From: Eledone cirrhosa
Lineage: Eukaryota
Direction: 5' to 3'
Length of the DNA: 64,000 nt
Assembly (NCBI GenBank): GCA_964016885.1
Contig: OZ024757.1
Span: 10,478,001 to 10,542,000, forward strand
Below, one piece after another: positions 24,001-36,000 of this stretch. Position numbers and translations under genes: made by a program. The stretch's first letter is position 1, and the number at the start of each line of letters is the position of its first letter. Below the pieces are notes generated by a model that did no database searches, was not told where the DNA came from, and saw only the letters and a list, made by a program, of their open reading frames with translations.

Positions 24001-27000
24001 CTTAAGTTGGGGTTAAGTTGGGGTTAACTTAAGTTGGGGTTAAGTTAAGTTGGGGTTGAGTTAAGTTGGGGTTGATTTAAGTTGGGGTTGAGTTAAGTTG
24101 GAGTCGAGTTAAGTTGGGGTTGAGTTAAGTTGGGGTTAAATTAAGTTGGGGTTAAGTTAAGTTGGAGTTAAGTTAAGTTGGGGTTAAGTTAAGTTGGGGT
24201 TACGTTAAGTCGGGGTTAAGTTAAGTTGGGGTTAAGTTAAGTTGGGGGTAAGTTAAGTGGGGGTTAAGTTAAGTTGGGGTTAAGTTAAGTTGGGGTTAAG
24301 TTAAGTTGGGGTTAAGTTAAGTTGGGGTTAATGTAAGTTGGGGTTAAGTTAAGTTGAGGTTAAGTTAAGTTGGGGTTAAGTTAAGTTGGGGTTAACTTAA
24401 GTTGGGGTTAACTTAAGTTGAGGTTAAGTTGGGGTTAACTTAAGTTGGGGTTAAGTTGGGGTTAACTTAAGTTGGGGTTAAGTTAAGTTGGGGTTAAGTT
24501 AAGTTGGGGTTAAGTTAAGTCGGAGTTAAGTTAAGTTGGGGTTAAGTTAAGTTGGGGGTAAGTTAAGTTGTGGTTAAGTTAAGTTGGGGTTAAGTTGGGG
24601 TTAAGTTAAGTTGGGGTTAAGTTAAGTTGGGGTTGAGTTAAGTTGGGGTTGAATTAAGTTGGGGTTGAGTTAAGTTGGAGTTAAGTTAAGTTGGGGTTAA
24701 GTTAAGTTGGGGTTACGTTAAGTCGGGGTTAAGTTAAGTTGGGGTTAAGTTAAGTTGGGGGTAAGTTAAGTTGGGGTTAAGTTAAGTTGGGATTTAGTTA
24801 AGTTGGGGTTAAGTTAAGATGGGGTTAAGTCAAGTTGGGGTTAAATCAAGTTGGGGTTAACTTAAGTTTGGATTAACTTAAGTTGGGTTAACTTAAGTTG
24901 GGGTTAAGTTGGGGTTAACTTAAGTTGGGGTTAAGTTAAGTTGGGGTTAAGTTAAGTTGGGGTTGAGTTAAGTTGGGGTTGAGTTAAGTTGGGGTTGAGT
25001 TAAGTTGGGGTTGATTTAAGTTGGGGTTGAGTTAAGTTGGGGTCGAGTTAAGTTGGGGTCGAGTTAAGTTGGGGTTGAGTTAAGTTGGGGTTAAGTTAAG
25101 TTGGGGTTAAGTTAAGTTGGGATTAAGTTAAGTTGGGGTTAAGTTAAGTTGGGGTTAAGTAAAGTTGGGGTTGAGTTAATTTGGGGTTGAATTAAGTTGG
25201 GGTTAAGGTAAGTTGGGGTTAAGTTAAGTTGGGGTTAAGTTAAGTTGGGGTTAAGTTAAGTTGGGGTTAACTTAAGTTGGGGTTAACTTAAGTTGGGGTT
25301 AAGTTGGGGTTAACTTAAGTTGGGGTTAAGTTGGGGTTAAGTTAAGTTGGGGTTAAGTTAAGTTGGGGTTGTGTTAAGTTGGGGTTGATTTAAGTTGGGG
25401 TTGAGTTAAGTTGGAGTCGAGTTAAGTTGGGGTTGAGTTAAGTTGGGGTTAAGTTAAGTTGGGGTTAAGTTAAGTTGGAGTTAAGTTAAGTTGGGGTTAA
25501 GTTAAGTTGGGGTTAAGTTAAGTCGGAGTTAAGTTAAGTTGGGGTTAAGTTAAGTTGGGGGTAAGTTAAGTTGTGGTTAAGTTAAGTTGGGGTTAAGTTG
25601 GGGTTAAGTTAAGTTGGGGTTAAGTTAAGTGGGGTTGAGTTAAGTTGGAGTTAAGTTAAGTTGGGGTTAATTTAAGTTGGGGTGAAGTTAAGTCGGGGTA
25701 AAGTTAAGTTGGGGTTAAGTTAAGTTGGGGGTAAGTTAATTTGGGGTTAAGTTAAGTTGGGGTTTAGTTACTTTGGGGTTAAGTCAAGTTGGGGTTAAGT
25801 CAAGTTGGGGTTAAGTTAAGTTGGGGTTAAGTTAAGTCGGGGTTAAGTTAAGTTGGGGTTAAGTTAAGTTGGGGTAAGTTAAGTTGGGGTTAAGTTAAGT
25901 TGGGGTTTACTTAAGTTGGGGTTAAGTCAAGTTGGGGTTAAGTCAAGTTGGGGTTAATTCAAGTTGGGGTTAAGTTAAGTTGGGGTTAAATTAAGTTGGG
26001 GTTAAGTTAAGTTGGGGTTAAGTTAAGTTGGCGTTAAGTTAAGTTGGGGTTAAGTTAACTTGGGGTTAAGTTAAGTTGGGGTTAAGTTAAGTTGGGGTTA
26101 AGTCAAGTTGGGGTTAAATCAAGTTGGGGTTAACTTAAGTTTGGATTAACTTAAGTTGGGTTAACTTAAGTTGGGGTTAAGTTGGGGTTAACTTAAGTTG
26201 GGGTTAAGTTAAGTTGGGGTTAAGTTAAGTTGGGGTTGAGTTAAGTTGGGGTTGAGTTAAGTTGGGGTTGAGTTAAGTTGGGGTTGATTTAAGTTGGGGT
26301 TGAGTTAAGTTGGGGTCGAGTTAAGTTGGGGTTGAGTTAAGTTGGGGTTAAGTTAAGTTGGGGTTAAGTTAAGTTGGGGTTAAGTTAAGTTTGGTTTAAG
26401 TTAAGTTGGGGTTAAGTTAAGTTGGGGTTAAGTTAAGTTGGGATTAGGTTAAGTTGGGGTTAAGTTAAGTTGGGGTTAAATTAAGTTGTGGTTAATTTAA
26501 GTTGGGGTTAAGTTAAGTTGGGGTTAAGTTAAGTTGGTGTTAAGGTAAGTTGGGGTTAAGTTAAGTTGGGGTTAAGTTAAGTTGGGGTTAAGTTAAGTTG
26601 GGGTTAACTTAAGTTGGGGTTAACTTAAGTTGGGGTTAAGTTGGGGTTAACTTAAGTTGGGGTTAAGTTAAGTTGGGGTTGAGTTAAGTTGGGGTTGATT
26701 TAAGTTGGGGTTGAGTTAAGTTGGGGTTAAGTTAAGTTGGGATTAGGTTAAGTTGGGGTTAAGTTAAGTTGGGGTTAAATTAAGTTGTGGTTAATTTAAG
26801 TTGGGGTTAAGTTAAGTTGGGGTTAAGTTAAGTTGGTGTTAAGGTAAGTTGGGGTTAAGTTAAGTTGGGGTTAAGTTAAGTTGGGGTTAAGTTAAGTTGG
26901 GGTTAACTTAAGTTGGGGTTAACTTAAGTTGGGGTTAAGTTGGGGTTAACTTAAGTTGGGGTTAAGTTAAGTTGGGGTTGAGTTAAGTTGGGGTTGATTT

Positions 27001-30000
27001 AAGTTGGGGTTGAGTTAAGTTGGGGTCGAGTTAAGTTGGGGTTGAGTTAAGTTGGGGTTAAGTTAAGTTGGCGCTAAGTTAAGTTGGAGTTAAGTTAAGT
27101 TGGGGTTAAGTTAAGTTGGGGTTAAGTTAAGTTGGGGGTAAGTTAAGTTGTGGTTAAGTTAATTTGGGGTTAAGTTAAGTTGGGGTTGAGTTAAGTTGGG
27201 GTTGATTAAGTTGGGGTTGAGTTAAGTTGGAGTTAAGTTAAGTTGGGGTTAAGTTAAGTTGGGATTAAGTTAAGTCGGGGTAAAGTTAAGTTGGGGTTAA
27301 GTTAAGTTGGGGGTAAGTTAAGTTGGGGTTAAGTTAAGTTGGGGTTTAGTTAATTTGGGGTTAAGTCAAGTTGGGGTTAAGTCAAGTTGGGGTTAAGTTA
27401 AGTTGGGGTTAAGTTAAGTTGGGGTTAAGTTAAGTTGGGGTAATTTAAGTTGGGGTTAAGTTAAGTTGGGGTTTAGTTAAGTTGGGGTTTAGTTAAGTTG
27501 GGGTTAAGTCAAGTTGGGGTTAAGTCAAGTTGGGGTTAAGTCAAGTTGGGGTTAAGTTAAGTTGGGGTTAAGTTAAGTTGGGGTTAAATTAAGTTGGGGT
27601 TAAGTTAAGTTGGGGTTAAGTTAAGTTGGCGTTAAGTTAAGTTGGGGTTAAGTTAAGTTGGGGTTAACTTAAGTTGGGGTTAAGTTAAGTTGGGGTTAAG
27701 TCAAGTTGGGGTTAAATCAAGTTGGGGTTAACTTAAGTTTGGATTAACTTAAGTTGGGTTAACTTAAGTTGGGGTTAAGTTGGGGTTAACTTAAGTTGGG
27801 GTTAAGTTAAGTTGGGGTTAAGTTAAGTTGGGGTTGAGTTAAGTTGGGGTTGAGTTAAGTTGGGGTTGAGTTAAGTTGGGGTTGATTTAAGTTGGGGTTG
27901 AGTTAAGTTGGGGTCGAGTTAAGTTGGGGTCGAGTTAAGTTGGGGTTGAGTTAAGTTGGGGTTAAGTTAAGTTGGGGTTAAGTTAAGTTGGGATTAAGTT
28001 AAGTTGGGGTTAAGTTAAGTTGGGGTTAAGTAAAGTTGGGGTTGAGTTAATTTGGGGTTGAATTAAGTTGGGGTTAAGGTAAGTTGGGGTTAAGTTAAGT
28101 TGGGGTTAAGTTAAGTTGGGGTTAAGTTAAGTTGGGGTTAACTTAAGTTGGGGTTAACTTAAGTTGGGGTTAAGTTGGGGTTAACTTAAGTTGGGGTTAA
28201 GTTGGGGTTAAGTTAAGTTGGGGTTAAGTTAAGTTGGGGTTGTGTTAAGTTGGGGTTGATTTAAGTTGGGGTTGAGTTAAGTTGGAGTCGAGTTAAGTTG
28301 GGGTTGAGTTAAGTTGGGGTTAAGTTAAGTTGGGGTTAAGTTAAGTTGGAGTTAAGTTAAGTTGGGGTTAAGTTAAGTTGGGGTTAAGTTAAGTCGGAGT
28401 TAAGTTAAGTTGGGGTTAAGTTAAGTTGGGGGTAAGTTAAGTTGTGGTTAAGTTAAGTTGGGGTTAAGTTGGGGTTAAGTTAAGTTGGGGTTAAGTTAAG
28501 TGGGGTTGAGTTAAGTTGGAGTTAAGTTAAGTTGGGGTTAATTTAAGTTGGGGTGAAGTTAAGTCGGGGTAAAGTTAAGTTGGGGTTAAGTTAAGTTGGG
28601 GGTAAGTTAATTTGGGGTTAAGTTAAGTTGGGGTTTAGTTACTTTGGGGTTAAGTCAAGTTGGGGTTAAGTCAAGTTGGGGTTAAGTTAAGTTGGGGTTA
28701 AGTTAAGTCGGGGTTAAGTTAAGTTGGGGTTAAGTTAAGTTGGGGTAAGTTAAGTTGGGGTTAAGTTAAGTTGGGGTTTACTTAAGTTGGGGTTAAGTCA
28801 AGTTGGGGTTAAGTCAAGTTGGGGTTAATTCAAGTTGGGGTTAAGTTAAGTTGGGGTTAAATTAAGTTGGGGTTAAGTTAAGTTGGGGTTAAGTTAAGTT
28901 GGCGTTAAGTTAAGTTGGGGTTAAGTTAACTTGGGGTTAAGTTAAGTTGGGGTTAAGTTAAGTTGGGGTTAAGTCAAGTTGGGGTTAAATCAAGTTGGGG
29001 TTAACTTAAGTTTGGATTAACTTAAGTTGGGTTAACTTAAGTTGGGGTTAAGTTGGGGTTAACTTAAGTTGGGGTTAAGTTAAGTTGGGGTTAAGTTAAG
29101 TTGGGGTTGAGTTAAGTTGGGGTTGAGTTAAGTTGGGGTTGAGTTAAGTTGGGGTTGATTTAAGTTGGGGTTGAGTTAAGTTGGGGTCGAGTTAAGTTGG
29201 GGTTGAGTTAAGTTGGGGTTAAGTTAAGTTGGGGTTAAGTTAAGTTGGGGTTAAGTTAAGTTTGGTTTAAGTTAAGTTGGGGTTAAGTTAAGTTGGGGTT
29301 AAGTTAAGTTGGGATTAGGTTAAGTTGGGGTTAAGTTAAGTTGGGGTTAAATTAAGTTGTGGTTAATTTAAGTTGGGGTTAAGTTAAGTTGGGGTTAAGT
29401 TAAGTTGGTGTTAAGGTAAGTTGGGGTTAAGTTAAGTTGGGGTTAAGTTAAGTTGGGGTTAAGTTAAGTTGGGGTTAACTTAAGTTGGGGTTAACTTAAG
29501 TTGGGGTTAAGTTGGGGTTAACTTAAGTTGGGGTTAAGTTAAGTTGGGGTTGAGTTAAGTTGGGGTTGATTTAAGTTGGGGTTGAGTTAAGTTGGAGTCG
29601 AGTTAAGTTGGGGTTGAGTTAAGTTGGGGTTAAATTAAGTTGGGGTTAAGTTAAGTTGGAGTTAAGTTAAGTTGGGGTTAAGTTAAGTTGGGGTTACGTT
29701 AAGTCGGGGTTAAGTTAAGTTGGGGTTAAGTTAAGTTGGGGGTAAGTTAAGTGGGGGTTAAGTTAAGTTGGGGTTAAGTTAAGTTGGGGTTAAGTTAAGT
29801 TGGGGTTAAGTTAAGTTGGGGTTAATGTAAGTTGGGGTTAAGTTAAGTTGAGGTTAAGTTAAGTTGGGGTTAAGTTAAGTTGGGGTTAACTTAAGTTGGG
29901 GTTAACTTAAGTTGAGGTTAAGTTGGGGTTAACTTAAGTTGGGGTTAAGTTGGGGTTAACTTAAGTTGGGGTTAAGTTAAGTTGGGGTTAAGTTAAGTTG

Positions 30001-33000
30001 GGGTTAAGTTAAGTCGGAGTTAAGTTAAGTTGGGGTTAAGTTAAGTTGGGGGTAAGTTAAGTTGTGGTTAAGTTAAGTTGGGGTTAAGTTGGGGTTAAGT
30101 TAAGTTGGGGTTAAGTTAAGTTGGGGTTGAGTTAAGTTGGGGTTGAATTAAGTTGGGGTTGAGTTAAGTTGGAGTTAAGTTAAGTTGGGGTTAAGTTAAG
30201 TTGGGGTTACGTTAAGTCGGGGTTAAGTTAAGTTGGGGTTAAGTTAAGTTGGGGGTAAGTTAAGTTGGGGTTAAGTTAAGTTGGGATTTAGTTAAGTTGG
30301 GGTTAAGTTAAGATGGGGTTAAGTCAAGTTGGGGTTAAATCAAGTTGGGGTTAACTTAAGTTTGGATTAACTTAAGTTGGGTTAACTTAAGTTGGGTTTA
30401 AGTTGGGGTTAACTTAAGTTGGGGTTAAGTTAAGTTGGGGTTAAGTTAAGTTGGGGTTGAGTTAAGTTGGGGTTGAGTTAAGTTGGGGTTGAGTTAAGTT
30501 GGGGTTGATTTAAGTTGGGGTTGAGTTAAGTTGGGGTCGAGTTAAGTTGGGGTTGAGTTAAGTTGGGGTTAGGTTAAGTTGGGGTTAAGTTAAGTTTGGT
30601 TTAAGTTAAGTTGGGGTTAAGTTAAGTTGGGGTTAAGTTAAGTTGGGATTAGGTTAAGTTGGGGTTAAGTTAAGTTGGGGTTAAGTTAAGTTGTGGCTAA
30701 GTTAAGTTGGGGTTAAGTTAAGTTGGGGTTAAGTTAAGTTGGGGTTAAGTTAAGTTGGAGTTCAGTTAAGTTGGGGTTAAGTTAAGTTGAGGCTAAGTTA
30801 AGTTGGGGCTGAGTTAATTGGGGTTAAGTTAAGTTGGGGTTAAGTTAAGTTGGGGTTAAGGTAAGTTGGGGTTAAGTTAAGTTGGGGTTAAGTTAAGTTG
30901 GGGTTTAGTTAAGTTGGGGTTAACTTTAGTTGGGGTTAACTTAAGTTGGGGTTAAGTTGGGGTTAACTTAAGTTGGGGTTAATTTAAGTTGGGGTTGAGT
31001 TAAGTTGGGGTTGATTTAAGTTGGGGTTGAGTTAAGTTGGGGTCGAGTTAAGTTGGGGTTGAGTTAAGTTGGGGTTAAGTTAAGTTGGCGCTAAGTTAAG
31101 TTGGAGTTAAGTTAAGTTGGGGTTAAGTTAAGTTGGGGTTAAGTTAAGTTGGGGGTAAGTTAAGTTGTGGTTAAGTTAATTTGGGGTTAAGTTAAGTTGG
31201 GGTTGAGTTAAGTTGGGGTTGATTAAGTTGGGGTTGAGTTAAGTTGGAGTTAAGTTAAGTTGGGGTTAAGTTAAGTTGGGATTAAGTTAAGTCGGGGTAA
31301 AGTTAAGTTGGGGTTAAGTTAAGTTGGGGGTAAGTTAAGTTGGGGTTAAGTTAAGTTGGGGTTTAGTTAATTTGGGGTTAAGTCAAGTTGGGGTTAAGTC
31401 AAGTTGGGGTTAAGTTAAGTTGGGGTTAAGTTAAGTTGGGGTTAAGTTAAGTTGGGGTAATTTAAGTTGGGGTTAAGTTAAGTTGGGGTTTAGTTAAGTT
31501 GGGGTTTAGTTAAGTTGGGGTTAAGTCAAGTTGGGGTTAAGTCAAGTTGGGGTTAAGTCAAGTTGGGGTTAAGTTAAGTTGGGGTTAAGTTAAGTTGGGG
31601 TTAAATTAAGTTGGGGTTAAGTTAAGTTGGGGTTAAGTTAAGTTGGCGTTAAGTTAAGTTGGGGTTAAGTTAAGTTGGGGTTAACTTAAGTTGGGGTTAA
31701 GTTAAGTTGGGGTTAAGTCAAGTTGGGGTTAAATCAAGTTGGGGTTAACTTAAGTTTGGATTAACTTAAGTTGGGTTAACTTAAGTTGGGGTTAAGTTGG
31801 GGTTAACTTAAGTTGGGGTTAAGTTAAGTTGGGGTTAAGTTAAGTTGGGGTTGAGTTAAGTTGGGGTTGAGTTAAGTTGGGGTTGAGTTAAGTTGGGGTT
31901 GATTTAAGTTGGGGTTGAGTTAAGTTGGGGTCGAGTTAAGTTGGGGTCGAGTTAAGTTGGGGTTGAGTTAAGTTGGGGTTAAGTTAAGTTGGGGTTAAGT
32001 TAAGTTGGGATTAAGTTAAGTTGGGGTTAAGTTAAGTTGGGGTTAAGTAAAGTTGGGGTTGAGTTAATTTGGGGTTGAATTAAGTTGGGGTTAAGGTAAG
32101 TTGGGGTTAAGTTAAGTTGGGGTTAAGTTAAGTTGGGGTTAAGTTAAGTTGGGGTTAACTTAAGTTGGGGTTAACTTAAGTTGGGGTTAAGTTGGGGTTA
32201 ACTTAAGTTGGGGTTAAGTTGGGGTTAAGTTAAGTTGGGGTTAAGTTAAGTTGGGGTTGTGTTAAGTTGGGGTTGATTTAAGTTGGGGTTGAGTTAAGTT
32301 GGAGTCGAGTTAAGTTGGGGTTGAGTTAAGTTGGGGTTAAGTTAAGTTGGGGTTAAGTTAAGTTGGAGTTAAGTTAAGTTGGGGTTAAGTTAAGTTGGGG
32401 TTAAGTTAAGTCGGAGTTAAGTTAAGTTGGGGTTAAGTTAAGTTGGGGGTAAGTTAAGTTGTGGTTAAGTTAAGTTGGGGTTAAGTTGGGGTTAAGTTAA
32501 GTTGGGGTTAAGTTAAGTGGGGTTGAGTTAAGTTGGAGTTAAGTTAAGTTGGGGTTAATTTAAGTTGGGGTGAAGTTAAGTCGGGGTAAAGTTAAGTTGG
32601 GGTTAAGTTAAGTTGGGGGTAAGTTAATTTGGGGTTAAGTTAAGTTGGGGTTTAGTTACTTTGGGGTTAAGTCAAGTTGGGGTTAAGTCAAGTTGGGGTT
32701 AAGTTAAGTTGGGGTTAAGTTAAGTCGGGGTTAAGTTAAGTTGGGGTTAAGTTAAGTTGGGGTAAGTTAAGTTGGGGTTAAGTTAAGTTGGGGTTTACTT
32801 AAGTTGGGGTTAAGTCAAGTTGGGGTTAAGTCAAGTTGGGGTTAATTCAAGTTGGGGTTAAGTTAAGTTGGGGTTAAATTAAGTTGGGGTTAAGTTAAGT
32901 TGGGGTTAAGTTAAGTTGGCGTTAAGTTAAGTTGGGGTTAAGTTAACTTGGGGTTAAGTTAAGTTGGGGTTAAGTTAAGTTGGGGTTAAGTCAAGTTGGG

Positions 33001-36000
33001 GTTAAATCAAGTTGGGGTTAACTTAAGTTTGGATTAACTTAAGTTGGGTTAACTTAAGTTGGGGTTAAGTTGGGGTTAACTTAAGTTGGGGTTAAGTTAA
33101 GTTGGGGTTAAGTTAAGTTGGGGTTGAGTTAAGTTGGGGTTGAGTTAAGTTGGGGTTGAGTTAAGTTGGGGTTGATTTAAGTTGGGGTTGAGTTAAGTTG
33201 GGGTCGAGTTAAGTTGGGGTTGAGTTAAGTTGGGGTTAAGTTAAGTTGGGGTTAAGTTAAGTTGGGGTTAAGTTAAGTTTGGTTTAAGTTAAGTTGGGGT
33301 TAAGTTAAGTTGGGGTTAAGTTAAGTTGGGATTAGGTTAAGTTGGGGTTAAGTTAAGTTGGGGTTAAATTAAGTTGTGGTTAATTTAAGTTGGGGTTAAG
33401 TTAAGTTGGGGTTAAGTTAAGTTGGTGTTAAGGTAAGTTGGGGTTAAGTTAAGTTGGGGTTAAGTTAAGTTGGGGTTAAGTTAAGTTGGGGTTAACTTAA
33501 GTTGGGGTTAACTTAAGTTGGGGTTAAGTTGGGGTTAACTTAAGTTGGGGTTAAGTTAAGTTGGGGTTGAGTTAAGTTGGGGTTGATTTAAGTTGGGGTT
33601 GAGTTAAGTTGGAGTCGAGTTAAGTTGGGGTTGAGTTAAGTTGGGGTTAAATTAAGTTGGGGTTAAGTTAAGTTGGAGTTAAGTTAAGTTGGGGTTAAGT
33701 TAAGTTGGGGTTACGTTAAGTCGGGGTTAAGTTAAGTTGGGGTTAAGTTAAGTTGGGGGTAAGTTAAGTGGGGGTTAAGTTAAGTTGGGGTTTAGTTAAG
33801 TTGGGGTTAAGTTAAGTTGGCGTTAAGTTAAGTTGGGGTTAAGTTAAGTTGGGGTTAAGTTAAGTTGGGGTTAAGTTAAGTGGGGGTTAAGTCAAGTTGG
33901 GGTTAAATCAAGTTGGGGTTAACTTAAGTTTGGATTAACTTAAGTTGGGTTAACTTAAGTTGGGGTTAAGTTGAGGTTAAGTTGGGGTTAAGTTAAGTTG
34001 GGGTTAAGTTAAGTTGGGATTAGGTTAAGTTGGGGTTAAGTTAAGTTGGGGTTAAGTTAAGTTGTGGTTAAGTTAAGTTGGGGTTAAGTTAAGTTGGGGT
34101 TAAGTTAAGTTGGGGTTAAGGTAAGTTGGGGTTAAGTTAAGTTGAGGTTAAGTTAAGTTGGGGTTAAGTTAAGTTGGGGTTAACTTAAGTTGGGGTTAAC
34201 TTAAGTTGAGGTTAAGTTGGGGTTAACTTAAGTTGGGGTTAAGTTGGGGTTAAGTTAAGTTGGGGTTAAGTTAAGTTGGGGTTAAGTTAAGTTGGGGTTA
34301 AGTTAAGTCGGAGTTAAGTTAAGTTGGGGTTAAGTTAAGTTGGGGGTAAGTTAAGTTGTGGTTAAGTTAAGTTGGGGTTAAGTTGGGGTTAAGTTAAGTT
34401 GGGGTTAAGTTAAGTTGGGGTTGAGTTAAGTTGGGGTTGAATTAAGTTGGGGTTGAGTTAAGTTGGAGTTAAGTTAAGTTGGGGTTAAGTTAAGTTGGGG
34501 TTACGTTAAGTCGGGGTTAAGTTAAGTTGGGGTTAAGTTAAGTTGGGGGTAAGTTAAGTTGGGGTTAAGTTAAGTTGGGATTTAGTTAAGTTGGGGTTAA
34601 GTTAAGTTGGCGTTAAGTTAAGTTGGGGTTAAGTTAAGTTGGGGTTAAGTTAAGTTGGCGTTAAGTTAAGTTGGGGTTAAGTCAAGTTGGGGTTAAATCA
34701 AGTTGGGGTTAACTTAAGTTTGGATTAACTTAAGTTGGGTTAACTTAAGTTGGGGTTAAGTTGGGGTTAAGTTGGGGTTAAGTTAAGTTGGGGTTAAGTT
34801 AAGTTGGGGTTAAGTTAAGTTGGGGTTAAGTTAAGTTGGGGTTAAATTAAGTTTGGTTTAAGTTAAGTTGGGGTTAAGTTAAGTTGGGGTTAAGTTAAGT
34901 TGGGATTAGGTTAAGTTGGGGTTAAGTTAAGTTGGGGTTAATTTAAGTTGTGGTTAAGTTAAGTTGGGGTTAAGTTAAGTTGGGGTTAAGTTAAGTTGGG
35001 GTTAAGTTAAGTTGAGGCTAAGTAACGTTGGGGCTGAGTTAAGTTGGGGTTAAGTTAAGTTGGGGTTAAGTTAAGTTGGGGTTAAGGTAAGTTGGGGTTA
35101 AGTTAAGTTGGGATTAAGTTAAGTTGGGGTTAAGTTAAGTTGGGGTTAAGTTAAGTTGGGGTTAAGTTGGGGTTAACTTAAGTTGGGGTTAAGTTAAGTT
35201 GGGGTTAAGGTAAGTTGGGGTTAAGTTAAGTTGTGGTTAAGTTAAGTTGGGGTTGATTTAAGTTGGGGTTGAGTTAAGTTGGGGTCGAGTTAAGTTGGGG
35301 TTGAGTTAAGTTGGGGTTAAGTTAAGTTTGGTTTAAGTTAAGTTGGGGTTAAGTTAAGTTGGGGTTAAGTTAAGTTGGGGTTGAGTTAAGTAGTGGTTGA
35401 ATTAAGTTGGGGTTGAGTTAAGTTGGAGTTAAGTTAAGTTGGGGTTAAGTTAAGTTGGGGTTAAGTTACGTCGGGGTTAAGTTAAGTTGGAGTTAAATTA
35501 AGTTGGGGGTAAGTTAAGTTGGGGTTAAGTTAAGTTGGGGTTTAGTTAAGTTGGGGTTAAGTCAAGTTGGGGTTAAGTCAAGTTGGGGTTAAGTTAAGTT
35601 GGGGTTAAGTTAATTGGGGTTAAGTTAAGTTGGGGTTAAGTTAAGTTGGGGTTAAGTTAAGTTGGGGTTAAGTTAAGTTGGCGTTAAGTTAAGTTGGGGT
35701 TAAGTTAAGTTGGGGTTAAGTTAAGTTGGCGTTAAGTTAAGTTGGGGTTAAGTTAAGTTGGGGTTAAGTTAAGTTGGGGTTAAGTTAAGTTGGGGTTAAG
35801 TCAAGTGGGGGTTAAATCAAGTTGGGGTTAACTTAAGTTTGGATTAACTTAAGTTGGGTTAACTTAAGTTGGGGTTAAGTTGGGGTTAACTTAAGTTGGG
35901 GTTAATTTAAGTTGGGGTTAAGTTAAGTTGGGGTTGAGTTAAGTTGGGGTTGAGTTAAGTTGGGGTTAAGTTAAGTTGGGGTTAAGTTAAGTTGGCGTTA

